A stretch of DNA of 63,254 nucleotides, the filler included, from Welwitschia mirabilis (lineage: Eukaryota): assembly GCA_051453625.1 (NCBI GenBank). It is 6 parts of one record of this genome, joined end to end, with 100 filler letters (N's around TTAATTAATTAA, not from the genome) between each part and the next. Parts side by side here need not be neighbours in the genome. Positions count along the whole stretch, not along the records: positions 1 to 23,039 come from JBOZIK010000001.1; 5 more parts are not named here. One strand, given 5' to 3'. Numbering within the stretch: the first letter of the stretch is position 1; each line of letters starts with the position of its first letter. Under the pieces are notes generated by a model, which was not told where the DNA came from, did no database searches, and saw only the letters and a program-made list of their open reading frames with translations. Shown one piece after another: positions 1-14,800 of this stretch. The translations under genes and the position numbers were made by a program.

Positions 1-2308
1 TCAAAAGATCCTACATATAGTTTTAATTATTGTATATTAACTTTCTAAATCTTCTTAGTTTCTAAATTTAAAATCTCAGTAGAGCCATTATAATGCATTC
101 TCTCTACAAGATAAGAACCTAACCATTTAAAGGTCAACTTAGTATTCAAAATATATACTTTAATATTATATAAAAGAACAAGTTGAGCTAGTTCAAACTT
201 TTTATGAAGTATATTTTTATTTTTTTAAAACTTAGCTTGGGCTTTATGGATTAATTGACAATGTATAGCATGAGTTCATTTTTCATAAAGGTGCTCTAAT
301 TGGGATAATGTATGTTTAAGGTTCTTATGAATGTCTATAAGATTAAATTGATAAGAAGCATGATAAAAGTTATAGAACACATCAATAGGTAAGATACAAA
401 CTTTTTTGTACATAATTTTATAAGGTGAAAAACCAAGAGAAGTATGTCAAGTAGTATGGTAAGTCCAAAGAACATCATTAATCTTGGAAGCNNNNNNNNN
501 NAAGGACAAGCTACTCTATATTCTATTCCAATGGATAAAAGAAGTTTCATAAAAATCTAATTAATAAAAATAAACTCCTTAATCACTAATGATAATTTAA
601 GGAAAATCAAATCTCTAAAAGATATGAGTTGAAAGAAAATGATAAATAGTTTAGACATCATTCAAAGAATTATGAATTGCTTTAACTTGTTTAGTCATAC
701 AATCTACACCATGAAAATGTAATTTTTATTATGAGAAGATGGGTGAATAGGGCCTATAAAACTAATACCCCAATAATCAAATGGTTCATACTCAAGAATA
801 TGTTTAAGGAACATCTCTTGAGAATAAATAAGGCTACCATAACACTGATAAGGATCACACCTTCTAGAAAAATCAAAAGAATCCTGAAAAAGAGTGGTCT
901 AATAAAAATCAAAATGAAGAATTTTCATTAATATTATCTATCTAATAAAGTATCCTCCAAAAACATCACCATGACAAAAATGAAGGATTTTATATTTTTT
1001 CTAATCAGTCATACATTTTTGCATAATTTGATCTTTGCACCTATAGCACAAATATGGCTCTATCCACTCATAGTCATCTGTTCTATGGAAAAGAGATTTC
1101 TGTTAACTATAAGTCCAATGTTTTGGTATTTTCATGTTTACAAAGTAATTAACAATATCCACATACCAAAGAGGCGGATCAGTAGAAGATATAGCAAAAA
1201 GTTACTCATTATAAAAAGAATCATAAATAACATAATCATTAGGAAGAGAAGAAAGATAAGACAAATGATCAACAATATAATTCTGCTTCCCTAACTAATC
1301 TATAATGGTCAAATTAAACTCATGCATAAGGATCCATCTAATCAATCTAGTACTAGAATCTTTCTTGGTCATAAGGTAATGAATAGAAAGATGGTCAATA
1401 TAAATATTCATATGAAAGCCTGAAAGATAATATCTAAGTGCATAACAGTAAAAGAGGATGGCTAACATTTCCTTATCTATAGTAGTATAATTCATTTGAA
1501 CTCTAGACAGAGATTTGCTATGGCAAGATAGGACTTTAAAATAATTTATATATTTTTGACAAAGAACTCCATCCATGATAAAATTACTTGCATCATACAT
1601 TAATTTAAAGTCTTTTTCCAAATTAGGTCCCATTATAATAGGAGGATAAGAAAGTTTACATTTAAGCTTATCAAAAGCAAGCTAACAAGATTTATTTCAT
1701 TCAAATTTATCTTCTTTCTTTTATAACAAGTGAAGAATTTTATAAATATTTGCATAATTTTGAATAAACTAATGGTAAAAACTATAATAACTAAGAAAAG
1801 ATCTAACATATTTTACATTTATAAGGAGATTTAGATTTTGAATAATACCAAATTTTTCAGTTAATCCTAATCCCCTATTTTGAAATATGATGAAGTAAAA
1901 CAATTCCACTTTCAACTAAAAATGCATTCTTTTTTCAACTTAAATATAGGCCACCAGAAATTCAATGGTCAAAGACTTTTTCTAATTATTCTAAAATTTG
2001 TTTACAAGTTTTAGCATAAATAAATAAGTCATATATAAAAATTTCAATCGAATCCTCTATCATATCAAAAAAATTACCCATCATATTATGCTAAAAAGTA
2101 TTGGGAGTATTACAAAGTCTAAAAAGCATGTGTTGAAAAGAAAAATACCAAAAAGTAAAGTGAAAGTAGTTTTATCTTGGTCCTTACTAGCAATACAAAC
2201 CTAATTGTAACCACTATATCTATTAAGAAAATAATAAAATGAATGTCTCTAAATCCTATTAAGTATCTAATCAAGAAAAGACAAAGGACAATGATCTTTT
2301 TTGGTTAC
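1..2308 (-). mobile_element. Degenerate Ty3/gypsy (Athila-like) pol fragment: RT (~1640-2308), RNase H (~1295-1640), integrase (~1-1100)
   Basis: ORF 1295-1633 reads DASNF...VLCQK...SKSLSRVQMNYTTIDKEMLAILF...IYIDH...RLIRWIL.HEFNLTIID, the gypsy RNase H pattern. Domain order is RT-RH-IN. Colinear with ~4500-6900. Many stops and frameshifts; ends at an N gap. Confidence 0.9.
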
Positions 2309-5300
2309 NNNNNNNNNNNNNNNNNNNNNNNNNNNNNNNNNNNNNNNNNNNNNNNNNNNNNNNNNNNNNNNNNNNNNNNNNNNNNNNNNNNNNNNNNNNN
2401 NNNNNNNNAAATCAAACACACGAAAAGTGAAAAAGCAATTTTTCAAGCGTGCCCCATATATGGTAAAAATTCAAAGTGCTCAAATGAAAAATCTAATATA
2501 GTAAAATCGTAGAACAAATTGAATTGATCAATTTTGCCTAAAGGACCACTAAATTTTAACCTATGGTTTATGAGAAATCGAGTGTGAAAAATGGAAAGTT
2601 AAAATTTTCTTGTAAAGCATACAACTGATTATAAATTTCAAAATACGTGGTGAAAATCAATCTGTAAGTTTCAAATCAAAGAGTGTGAAAAACTAATAAA
2701 ATACATGAAAACTACATGTCAAAGGGCTAAAAAATGGAAGAAATATTGAAAAACAAGAGAGATAGAGAGAGAGAAAAACATACCTCATTTTGACAAATCT
2801 AATAAAAACACTGAAATCTGGATACAAAATTGAGCAGGATAAGATATAAGATGCTTGTAAGGTCCAAAAAGGTTGCTGTCTCTCAAAAGAATGGATGGAA
2901 ATGATAAGGAAATGAAGAAAAATGAGGAAAAAGTATTTGGGCTATAGTTTTATTGCACTATTGTTTGGTTGCATCATCTGAATGATAGCTCTAAGACAAT
3001 TCTTAAAAAAATTAGACTGCTGTCCTTCGGGTATTGTTTGGATGACTAATGGACGATAAGATAATGAAAAGTTAAAAAAAAAAAAAAAAGAGACATAAAC
3101 CAAGAAAATTAGCTTAGATATGATCATCAAAGTATCATATTTAATCCAAAAAGTCAAAAAAATAGGAAATGAGAAAGAAAATCATGAAAATCAGAATAAC
3201 ATGTTAAAAAAATTCATAATAAAAGAACATAATGGCTAAAAAACATGAACTAAATAGGCTGAAATTTGATAATAAAACTGAATGAATGTGCTCAAACCAA
3301 AAAGTAAAGAAAGATAAAGCACAGAACTCCAAAAGGTACAAGGAATCTCATAAAAACTGTGAAAAGAAAAGATGTTCTAATAAATTCAAATGCTAACTGA
3401 AAATGATATTCATAAATAAATAACAAGAAAACTACAAAATGATAAGGTCCTATGTAAGAATGAGAATATGCAGGAATAACTTTAAAATAACAAACTGAAA
3501 GACTAAAAAAAGGCAGAATAAAAACAGACACAAGGAACAAGGAGAAGAATGCTTACCTATCCTAAATTTTAACCTAGCAAAATTCCAAGGAAGAAATCAT
3601 AAAGCCACTTGAGTAAAAATGCCTGATGAAATGTATAAAATTCATAAAGTTTCATTCAAAAAGGCAGTGATTATGATAATACCAAAACTCAAATGCTTAA
3701 AACAATGAATGATAAGATCAAAAGCTATTAAGAAATGAACTTACCCGCTTACATCCCATAAACACATTCAAATCCTTAAAAGTAAAACAATCAAATGGGA
3801 ATATTAAGAGTTTAAAAAATAAGCAATGCTTTTGATGACACCAAAAATACCACTGATCGCATAGGCTCAAAGTTTATTACAACTTTTTCCATAACGAGGA
3901 AAATGCAACCACAGTCAGAGAAGTAAGGATCATGAAGCATGGTCAACTAATCCCCCAGTAGAGTTTCCGTAGCTATCAACACTGTCAAAGGTTTCTCTTA
4001 AAAAAATTTTCCCTGGTATAATAGAACATCATGGTAACCATGTATTTTTCTTTAAGTACAAAATACAATAGAACATGGTTATCATTTCTTTTTCTCTCTT
4101 CTTCTTCTTTTTTTTTTTTTAATGAAAAATATCCCACATGAGCACATACTAAAAAATATGAAGATAAATAAATGAAATAAAAGATAGATAAAAATACTCA
4201 CAAGTAACCAAAGACCTTACACCATTGAATAAAACATAAGAACTAAGGCATCTTCCTTCAAAGTGAAGTTCATAGATATGAAAAAGTCTCAAGATAGGGT
4301 AAATCTAATCTTACCACTATAAAATTTCCAAGTACATATACTAATCATGGAAAACTTTATATAGTAACACATAAGTCAAGTTTTAAAGATGATCAAGTAA
4401 CATCATAACATTTACAAAAGGACTAAGCTATGAAAGAACTCAAACAATAATAGGGTGGAAGTATTCCTCATTGAGGGGAAGTTCCAAATAAGTGCTTCTA
4501 CCATGTTCATGATTGCGTCAAAACATCCTTTGTATAGTTTCAACCAGTGTCCATTAACTTTATGAATGTCCTTAGTCTCCAAGTTTGAAATCTTGATAGA
4601 GCCATTAAAATGCACTCTCTCTATAAGATAAGGACCTAACCAGTTAGAGGTTAACTTGTTATTTAAAAGATGTACTTTATTGTTGTATAAAAGAACAAGT
4701 TAACTTGGGTTAAACTTTTTATGAAGTATCTTTTTTATCATGTTTGAACTAAAGCTTGGGATTTATGGATTAATTGACGATGTATAGCACCAGTTCATTT
4801 TTTATCAAGGTGGTCTAATTAGGCTAATATATGTTTAAGGTTTTCATGAAGATTCATAAGATTAAGTTAATAAAAAGCATGATAAGAGTTATAGCATACA
4901 TCAATAGGTAAAACACAAGCTTTTTTATACACAAGTTCATAAGGTAAAAAATCAAGAGAAGTATGCCAAGTAATATGGTAAGCTCAAAGAACATTGTTGA
5001 GATTTAAAGCCTAAGANNNNNNNNNNAGTTTTGATAAATTTTTTTAATTTCTCTATTTGCATTTTTAGCTTATCCATTAGTCTGAGTATGATAAGTATAA
5101 GCTACTCTATGTTTAATTCCAATAGATAAAAGAAGTTTCCTAAAAAGCTAATTAATAAAATGAGTTCCTTGATTATTAATAATAATCCTAGAAAAACCAA
5201 ATCTCTAAAAAATATGAGTTTGAAAAAAATGACAAATAGTTCAGACATCATTCAAAAAAGTAGAAATAGCTTCAACCCATTTGGTCACATAATCTACAGT

Positions 5301-8300
5301 TACTAAAATATAATGTTTATCATGAGAAAGTGAGTGAATAGGGCCTATAAAATCAATACCCCAATAATCAAAAGTTTCACATTCAAGAATAGGTTTAAAG
5401 GGTATATCCTGATCATGAATAAAGCTACCATAACACTGATAAGAATTACACCTTCTAGTAAAATCAAAAGAATCCTAAAAAAGAGTAAACCAATAAAAAC
5501 CAAAATGAAGATTTTTCATAGCCATTTTGTATCCGTTAAGATGTCCTCCATAATACCACTATGACAAAGATGAATAATATCAATTTTTCCTAATTAGGCA
5601 CACATTTTTGTATAATTTGGTCTTTATACCTACAGTACAAATGTGGCTCTATCCACTCATAGTCATCTATTTTATAGAGAAAAGATTTGCATTGATTATA
5701 AGTCCAATGTTTTAGATGGTAATAAGGTAATTAATAATATCCACATACCAAGGATAAGGATGAGTAGAAGATATAGGAAAAAGTTGCTCATCCAGAAAAG
5801 AATCATCAATAACAAAATCATCAAGAGGAGAAGGAAGATGAAAAAAATGATCAGAAACATAATTATGCTTCCGTACTTTTATCAGTGATGGTTAAATTAA
5901 ACTCTTATATAAGGAGGATCCATCTAATTAATCTAGCACTAGAGTCTTTCTTAGTCATAAGGTAATAAATCATAGCATGAATTGTATAAACATTCTTATA
6001 AAAGCGTAAAAGATAACATCTAAGTGTATCAAGGCAAAAGATGATTGCTAACATTTCCTTCTTTGTAGTAGTGCAATTCATTTGAGTTCTAGACAGAGAT
6101 TTGCTAAGGTAAGATATGACTTTAGAATCATTTCCATATTTTTGGTAAAGTACTCCAGCCACAACAAACTTACTTGCATCACACTTCAATTTAACATTAT
6201 TTTTTCAATCGGGTCTCATTATAATAGGTGCATAAGAAAGTTTACGTTGAAGCCTATAAAAAGCAATCTAACAAGATTCATTATATTCAAATTTAGCTTC
6301 TTTCTCTAGTAATAATGAAGGGGTTTACAAATGTTTACATAATCATGAATAAACTGACAATAAAAACCACAATGACCAAGAAAAGATCTAACCTACTTTA
6401 CATTAATAGGGGGAATTAGGTTTTAAACAATACCAACTTTTTTAGGGTTCATCCTAATTCCCTTTTTCAAAATATGATGACCTAAAACAATTTCACTTTC
6501 AACTAAAAATAAACTCTTTTCCTAACTGAAATGTAGGCTAGTAAAAATATGATGTTGAAGGACTTTCTCTGATCATTCGAAGCTTTATGTAAAAGTTTTA
6601 GCATAAACAGATAAGTCATCTATAAAAATTTTAATCAAATACTCTTAACATATCAGAAACAATATCCATCATAGAATTCTAAAAAGTACCAAAAGCATTA
6701 CAAAGTTTAAAAGGCATACATAAAAAAGTAAAATTACCAAGAGATGAAGTAAAAGTATTTTTGGATTGGTACTTACTAACAATACAAACCAGATTAGAAC
6801 CACTATATACATTAAGAAAATAATAAAATGTATGTCCCTGAATCCTATCAAGTATCTAATCAAGAAAAGACAAAGGACAATGATCTTTTTTGGTTACTTT
6901 ATTTAGTTTTCTAATGTCTATGCACGTCCACCATTTTCCATTTTTCTTAGGTACCACTGTGAAAGGGTTAATCCACCCACTATCAGGTATAGCATAAATG
7001 ATTTCAACATCCATTAATTTTATGATTTTATATTTAACAACCTGCTTAAGGGTTAGATTAAATATATGTTGAGGTTACCTAACAAGTTTTATGTTATTCT
7101 CAAGGTATATTTTATGTTAGATAATTGAGGTAGGAATGGTTGTTAAATTGTTATAAGAAAAAGTGGATGCATTTAACTTATATTATAGAAGAGATATTAG
7201 ACTTGATTATTATTGAGAAGAAACGTTTTTATTAATTATTAAAGGTTTATTTAGATCATTATTTATAAAAATATATTCCAGTCCATTGATAAGGTTTTCA
7301 GACTTAGATTTAAGTTTAAATTTTTATTTTCTATTAAATTTTTAGGAAATTCTACTATTATCTCAAACTGTATCTGGAGGTTAGTAGTGAATGATCACCC
7401 TAAAATATGAAATCTCAGTTCTGCTCAAATTTTAGACTTTTACATAGTTGACAAACTCAGTTTCTCCATTCTTTAAATTAAAATAACTAGTTTCTAGATG
7501 GTTAAAATCAAGTTTATCTTCATTAAAAACATATAGATTATTTACTTCTAGTTAATTATCAAACAAAGTTAGTTCATAAAGCATTGATCATCTCTCCTCA
7601 AGTGGATAGTGTTATAAAAACACAGTTGGCTTTATTTCTTATTTTACACTTAAATCATTTTCTAAATCTTTTTTAGCCACATCAAACACTCTTATTGAAA
7701 ACTTATTATTTTCTAAATGATACTTTATCAAACTAGTTCTTATATCTATAACACAATGGCCTATTATACAAAAAGTTCTCTTAGAAGTAAAGAATAACCA
7801 TCGTTATATTCAACTTCTATCACAATAACATTAATGAGGTAGAAAGCTTCTTCAATTTGAATGACCAAATCCTTAATCATCCCTAATCATTTCTTAAAAA
7901 AGGTATCAGCCAATTCTAAAATAATTTATATAGGCTCTATTCTGTCTTCTAACTTGAGTCTTTGATAAACGTGTAATGGTATAATGCTAATACTAGCTCC
8001 AATATCAATCAAATCCTTTTTAATCCTTCTATTTCCTTCTAAAGTAACACTAATAGTTACTACTTTCAAATCTTTAAACTTTGAACATTTTTGTAAAACT
8101 AAGTTATTAATGGATTGAACTAGGAAGAATTTACTAGGGATGGTTTATTTTTGTTTTCTTATGATCAGGTCTTTCCACAACTTAAAATACTTAGGGTACT
8201 CTTGCAAAAGTTTCTAAAATAATAAGTTGATGCTTACATTTTACATTAAGGCTTTTAAATAATCATCAAAAATATAATTTATGTTTAATCTATCAAGATA

Positions 8301-10521
8301 AGAAGTGGTAGGTTTCTCATGTAAAAAAAATTTATTTTTGTTACTTAATGAAAAAGGGAAATAACAATTTTCTAAAATTTCTATGTCCTCTTATTCATCA
8401 TTTTTATCACTTTGTGATGTGAACGCCTTATGGATGGAAGGTTTTGTTTCATTTCCACTTCTTATCATCACTTTACAATCTTTATTAACTTCATTTGGAT
8501 TTGGTAAAGATTTAGTGGCAAGTGACCCTTATCGTCTTTAGTTAGCAAGCATGGTTTTTTACAAAATACTCACAAGATTTTCAATGTTGGAGTTTGTTCT
8601 TTCTTTTACTTTTCTCAACTCATCAATAAAATTCTTAAGAAAATCACTTTAGTTTTGTGAGTTGTATGAGATTGCTTGATTATTTGAGTTATTTTATTAG
8701 ATGTTTATGTTCTAAAATCTCTTTTTAAACGGTTGAAAATTAAGATGATTTGTTTAAAACCTTTTAAATTGAGTTGTCCACTCATCCTAGGTTGAAAATT
8801 ATTATGATTTTGAATTTAACTTTGGTTTTAGTTTTGGTTAAAGTTTGAGGACCTTTGGTTGAAGGCACATACTTTCTCATAAATTCTTTCTTTGTAAGTT
8901 AAAAGTAAAGGACACTCTTTTGTAATATGATAGTTATCTTCATACAAATCACAAGTAGAAGCTAAAAATACACTCTTTGTAGTTACCAGCTTTGCATAAA
9001 ATCATCTAAGTGTATTTTTCTAAAGGTTGAAATCAAATCCTTAATAACATTTGTTGGTTCATTTTTAGTACTTGTTTCTTCTTTTTCTTGTTTAACCTTC
9101 TTAACATCTTTAATGATTTAACTTATAATTTATTTTTCTCTAGATAAGGGTATAGGCAAAGTTTGACTCACTTCTACTAACTCTTTTAATACTTTTCAAG
9201 CATTTTCTAAGGTAAGGTTTAATAAATTTCATCCACATGAAAAATCTACTAGTTACTTTATTTGACTGTTGAATCTACTATAAAAGTATCTATCAATTCT
9301 TCTTAAGAAAAAGCATCTACAAGTTCAAGTATAAAGCAATAAAAGATTTCTGATATGTAAAGGCATAATCTTCATTAGGCAGTTGTTGAAAGTTTCTTAC
9401 TTCTTTTTTACATTTTCTAATGGTGGTTTTACTTATGAATCATTTAATCAAGTTTATTGAACTTGACTTCATGATTTTAAAATTTTATGAAGAACCATTC
9501 TTAAAAAAAGTTTAGCCTTACCTTTTAAAGTGATGGGGAAATAACCATGTAAGTTTTATCACATATTCTTTTTTTACCGTTTCTTGAAGTGAGCACTAAT
9601 TGTTCTATATCAGTAATGTATTATAAAAGGTCTTCATTGAGTTATTCACTAAAAATGGGATAAGAATTTAAGTTTATAAGTTCAACATCATCACTGAGAG
9701 GTAAGTCAAAGTGGATTTGGATTTCATGTTTCTTATTAGTAATCAAATCTCTAAGAGTAACATTTACATTAAGTTTAACAAATGTAATTATTGGGGTTCC
9801 AATAATAAGGGGTAGATTAGGCAAAGTAGTTTACTTTTGCTTTTGTGATAATCTAGATATGTTTAGAAATTAAAAACTATCATTGACATAATCTTCTAAA
9901 AAATTTTCTCTTGCAAAATCAAACTCTAAAGAAATAAAAGTAGAAATTTCTAGAATTTTTAAACTTTACATACTTTTGTTATGCATACCTAAGTTAGTTT
10001 CAAGGTTGATCAAACCTTCTTAAATATTTTCCTCTATGAACATCTACTCTCTCTGGTATTTTTCTTTCTTACCAAATTTTACTATACATGCTCAGTCTTT
10101 GATGCATAGAGTGTTATTCCTACAGTCATGTTGATGATAATCTAGATGATAAAAACATAAAAAATAGAAAAAAATATAGAAAATAGAAACACAAAACTAA
10201 TAGATATAAAAAAGAACATAGACAATAGACTATTATTCACCTAAGTTATCTAGATGATAGAGGAGAGGATAGGGAAAATCCTAAAAATTTTTGAAATAAT
10301 AGAAAGCTGAAAACTCAAGTCACACAGGACATCACCATCATACATCATTTAAATAATGAAGTGAACGATAAATATTTTATTGTAGGATTAAAAAACTAAA
10401 ACTTTTAAAAATAAAACATATGCTACTATAGATAAAAATATAATGGTGCTGTAGATAAACATCCAAAGTGAGATCCAAATACTCATTAGAGTAATGCAAA
10501 CTCTTAAACTTAAAGTAGGCT

Positions 10522-10540
10522 TTTTCAGTAATGGTTCTAA
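10522..10540 (-). promoter_or_regulatory. Degenerate primer-binding site (tRNA-Asp type)
   Basis: TTAGAACCATTACTGAAAA lies 2 nt after the LTR end. Same position and similar sequence as the PBS at 46408; Athila consensus is TGGCGCCGTTGCCGGGGA. Confidence 0.65.
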
Positions 10541-10542
10541 GA

Positions 10543-11619
10543 TGTTATGGTATGTATTTGTGAAAATGATTAAGCTCAAAAAGATCCTATCATTCATAAA
10601 TAAATTAGATATCTACATAACACAACACACTAATATAGATGGGAGTTGACCCGAATTCGTAATCTATCAAAGGCTTAAGGTAGAGAAAGAGAATTAATTT
10701 TCATAAAAAACACTTTATATTCTATTAATAAAAATAAATTACAATGTAAGAAAGCACCATGCCACACACATATGCAATTTTAATCTAAGAGAATAAAATC
10801 GTAATACACCTAAACTAATAATTATTAACCTTGATAAAAGTTACCCTCATAACCTATATCACTCAAGAAACTATCACTGAATCAGAAGCAACATAAACTA
10901 TAAGGGATAAGAACAAACAAGCATAGGAAATGGAAAATAAGTCTTTNNNNNNNNNNGTAGTCATATCTCAATGGAGGAAGCATAGGTAAACACCAAGGAA
11001 TACATTTTTTTGCAACTACTAGGATGGATTTCTAGTCCTTCGATCTCCTATCATAAGAATTTTCAATGCAAACAAAGACATATCAAAGTCAAGGACGAAA
11101 TCGATACTTATTAACACAAAGCACATAATAATAAGATATACAAACATACATGGACATAATCCTAATGGCCATGCCAAAAGATATATAAATAAATGACAAG
11201 AATTAGGTGAATGTTTAGTGGGATTATGATAGATGTTATCCTACTAGTTTTCTAGATAATATAGGAGACAATGTTATTTCATAAGTAGTCCATATCATTT
11301 GTTAAGTTAATTCATAGTTTGCATTCTTATTGGCTTTAGTTTTTATGTCATTCATACTATCATCTAGCTAGTGAGGTAAATGATGGACTTTAACAAGTCT
11401 TCCTTCAATGCATCAGCTTTAATATTTGTAGGAAATCTATCAGAAATAGAAAGTATTAGAAACTACTCTGAATGTTGTAAAATATCATGGATATTACGTG
11501 TTTTGGTAGCTTTCATTTCAGCTCTCTATTATCATGGAAATTCTAGCATAAACTTATCTAATATCCTCTAAAACTACTCAAAATATCCTATCAAATATAT
11601 AAAAGTTGCTAGTGCAACA
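10543..11619 (-). repeat. 5' LTR (~1.08 kb) of the Athila-like element
   Basis: On the minus strand it starts TGTTGCACTAGCAAC (11619) and ends ...CATAACA (10543). Homologous to 17027-18213 and 45163-46405; followed by a PBS. Confidence 0.85.
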
Positions 11620-11819
11620 ATCTTCTATTGGATGTACAACTCTATCTTGCATGCACATTTTCTATAGATCTAAGAAATCTTCTCAGTCTTCTTCTCCAAA
11701 GCAATCTCTACTAAAGAAATTCTTTTATATCTTAAGAGGCTAGATTCCCATACTTTACACATGAAAGAGACTCTTATTATAGTAATATATGAGGTTGAAA
11801 ATACTTCTAATGAAGTTAG

Positions 11820-14800
11820 TACAAATAGTTCAGGCATCACTCATAGAAGTAGGAATATCTTCAACTCATTTAGTAACATAACTAATAGTCACTAGAATGT
11901 AGTCCTTATCATTAAAAGATGCTTTAATATGGTTTATAAAATTAATTTTCCAATAATCAAAAAGTTCAAATTTAATAATATATTTAAGGAACATCTCATG
12001 AGAATGAATAAGTCTACCATAATATTGACAATTATCACACTTTCTAGCAAAAATCAAAAGAGTTCTGAAAAAAGTAGGTCAATAAAAACCAGAGTGAATT
12101 TTTATAGCTATTTTTGGTCCACTAAAATGACCTCCACAAACATCAGCACAGTAAAGATAAAGGATGTTTGATTTTTTCCATTTGGGCATATATTTTTTTA
12201 TGATTTGATCTTTGTATCTACTATGAAGATATGGCTCTATTCATTCATATTCACTTATTCTATGGAGAAATAATTTTCTTTGATTATGGGTCTAATGTTG
12301 TGGTGTTTTCATGGTAACAAGATAATCAACTATATTAGCATATCAATGAGNNNNNNNNNNNNNNNNNNNNNNNNNNNNNNNNNNNNNNNNNNNNNNNNNN
12401 NNNNNNNNNNNNNNNNNNNNNNNNNNNNNNNNNNNNNNNNNNNNNNNNNNNNNNNNNNNNNNNNNNNNNNNNNNNNTAATGATAGTTAAATTAAATTCTT
12501 GCATATGAAGGACTCATCTAATAAATCTAGCACTAGAATATTTCTTATTCATGAGGTATTTAATATCTTCATGATCGATATAAACATTCATATAAAAGCT
12601 TAAAAAATAGTATCTAAGCATATCAAGGAAAAAGTAATGTAATTCATTTGAGATTTAGATAAAGTTTTGCTATGATAAGATATAAACTTAAAATAATTTT
12701 CATATTTTTAATCAAGAACCCCATCCATAGTAATATTACCAGCATCACACATTAACTCAAAATATTTATTCTAATTAGGTCTTATTACAATAGGTTTAGA
12801 AGATATTTAAGTGTTTCAAAAGCAAGCTAACAAGATTAATTCTATTTAAATTTAGCTTCTTTTTCAAGTAATAAGTGAAGGGGTTTATAAGTTTTAGCAT
12901 AATCTTAAATAAAACAATAATAAAAACTATAATAACAAAGGAAAGATCAAACTTATTTTACATTTATTAGAGGAGTTACATTTTTAATGATACCTACTTT
13001 TCAGGATCCATCTTAATTCCTTTACTAAATATTTGGTGACCTAAGATAATTTCATTATCAACTAGAAATAAACTCTTTTTGCAACTCAAATGCAAGCCAC
13101 TCTTAATGCATCTATTAAAGACTTTCTCTAACCTTTCTAAGATTTATTCAAAGTTTTTATCATAAATTAAGAAGTCATCAAAAAAAAATTTCAATTACAT
13201 CCTCTAACATATCAAAAAACATATTCATCATTATATGTTAAAAAGTATCAAGAGCATTACAAAGTCCAAAATACATATTGTTAAAGGTAAAAATTCTAAA
13301 AACTAAAGTAAAATTATTTTTAGCTTAATTCTCCCTAGTGATACAAACCTAATTGTAACCACTATACCCATTAAAAAAGTAATAGAAAGCATGCCCTTAT
13401 ATTCTATTAAGTATTTGATTAAGAAAAGGTAAATGACAATGGTCTTTGTTTGTTACTTCATTTAATTTTTTAAAATACATCTCCACTTTCCATCTTTCTT
13501 AGGAACTATAATTAAAGTATTAATCACTAACTATTAAATATGGCATAAATAATTCTATCATCCATTAATTTAATGATTTTATCCTTTACAACTTGTTTAA
13601 GGGCTAGATCTAATCTATATTAGAATTATCTAACAAGTTTTATATTATCTTAAAGATGGATTTTATATTGAATAATAGAAGTAGGAATGGCTATTAAATC
13701 TTTGTGGGATCAAGCAAAAACATTAACCTTAGAATTCAAAAGTGTAATTAAAATAGATTCTTGTTGAAAAGAAAGATTCTCGTTTATTATTAAAGGTTTG
13801 TTTTGATCATTACATAAAAATATATATTTCAGTCCATTGCGTAAAGATTTTAGATTTAAATTTAGATTTTTATTCTCTATTAAATTTTTCTCAAAGTTGA
13901 CTATCATCATAGACTATTTTCTAGACAACTAGGATGGATGATCTCCTTCAAAATATGAAATCTTAATGATTTTTAGATGTTCAACTTTTTTATAGATCAT
14001 ATTTTTAGTTTCTTTAATCTCCTGATTAAAAAAATTAGTTCCTAAATGCTCATAATTGAGTTAATTATCATAGAAAGCTTTTAAGTTTTCTACTTCAAGT
14101 GGATCATCAAACAAGGTAGGCTCATAAAGCATTAATCATCTTTCTTTAAGTGGATGATGCTGTGAACATAGAGTTAGCTTAATTTTTTCTTCAATATTCA
14201 ACTCATCATCTAAATTCTTTTTAGTAGCATCAAAAACTTATAGCATTAAGAAATTCCATGGTAAACTTTTTGTTTTCTTAGTGACATTCCATCATTTCAA
14301 TTATTATATTGATAAGACAGTGGATTGTCATCAAAAATTCTCTACCTAAAAGTAGTGGATAATCTTTGCTATAGTTAACTTCAATTACAACCACATTTAT
14401 TAGATAGAATTCTTCTTTAATTTAAATTACAAAATCTTTTATTAATCCTAAATATTTCTTTACTGATGTATCTACTAATTCTAATACAATCTGTGTAGGC
14501 TTAATTCTACTTTCTAAACTAAGTCATTGATAAAGTTTTAACGGCATACTGTTAATAGTTGCTCCTATATTAATTACAAATTTTTATATTCTTTTATTTC
14601 CTTCTAATATAACACTAACTATTGCTACCTAGATCCTTAAACTTTGGACATTTTTGTAAAACTAAGTTGGTTATAGATTAGGCTAAGAATACTTTACTAG
14701 GTATAGTTCATTTTTGTTTCCTTCTAATTAGATCTTTTCATAACTTAGAATATTTAGCATTTTCTTGCAAATGTTTTTAAAATGATAAATTTATACTCCC

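Larger units (their letters stand above)
2409..11619 (-). mobile_element. Near full-length degenerate Athila-like gypsy element: 5' LTR, PBS, gag (~9100-9750), protease (~7700-8100), RT (~6230-7100), RNase H (~5880-6220), integrase (~4410-5700), long 3' non-coding region (2409-4400); 3' end lost in gap
   Basis: ORF 5905-6189 (CDASKFVVAGVL...NCTTTKKEMLAII...RLIRWILLI) is RNase H. ORF 4412-4615 (KVNGHWLKLY) is the integrase C-terminus. RT motif IFIDDLS at ~6610-6630. Region 2409-4400 is the reverse-complement homologue of ~54650-56650. Confidence 0.88.

Noticed and set aside
731..1294. Plus-strand K/I-rich ORFs (also 5334-5888, 11929-12171, and 53351-53596 on minus)
   Set aside because: Antisense shadows of decayed integrase and linker sequence; they recur only because the elements are homologous.
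11620..11820. Possible copia fragment between two Athila copies (also 18214-18430)
   Set aside because: Only vague resemblance to copia protease and post-integrase sequence; not supportable by eye.
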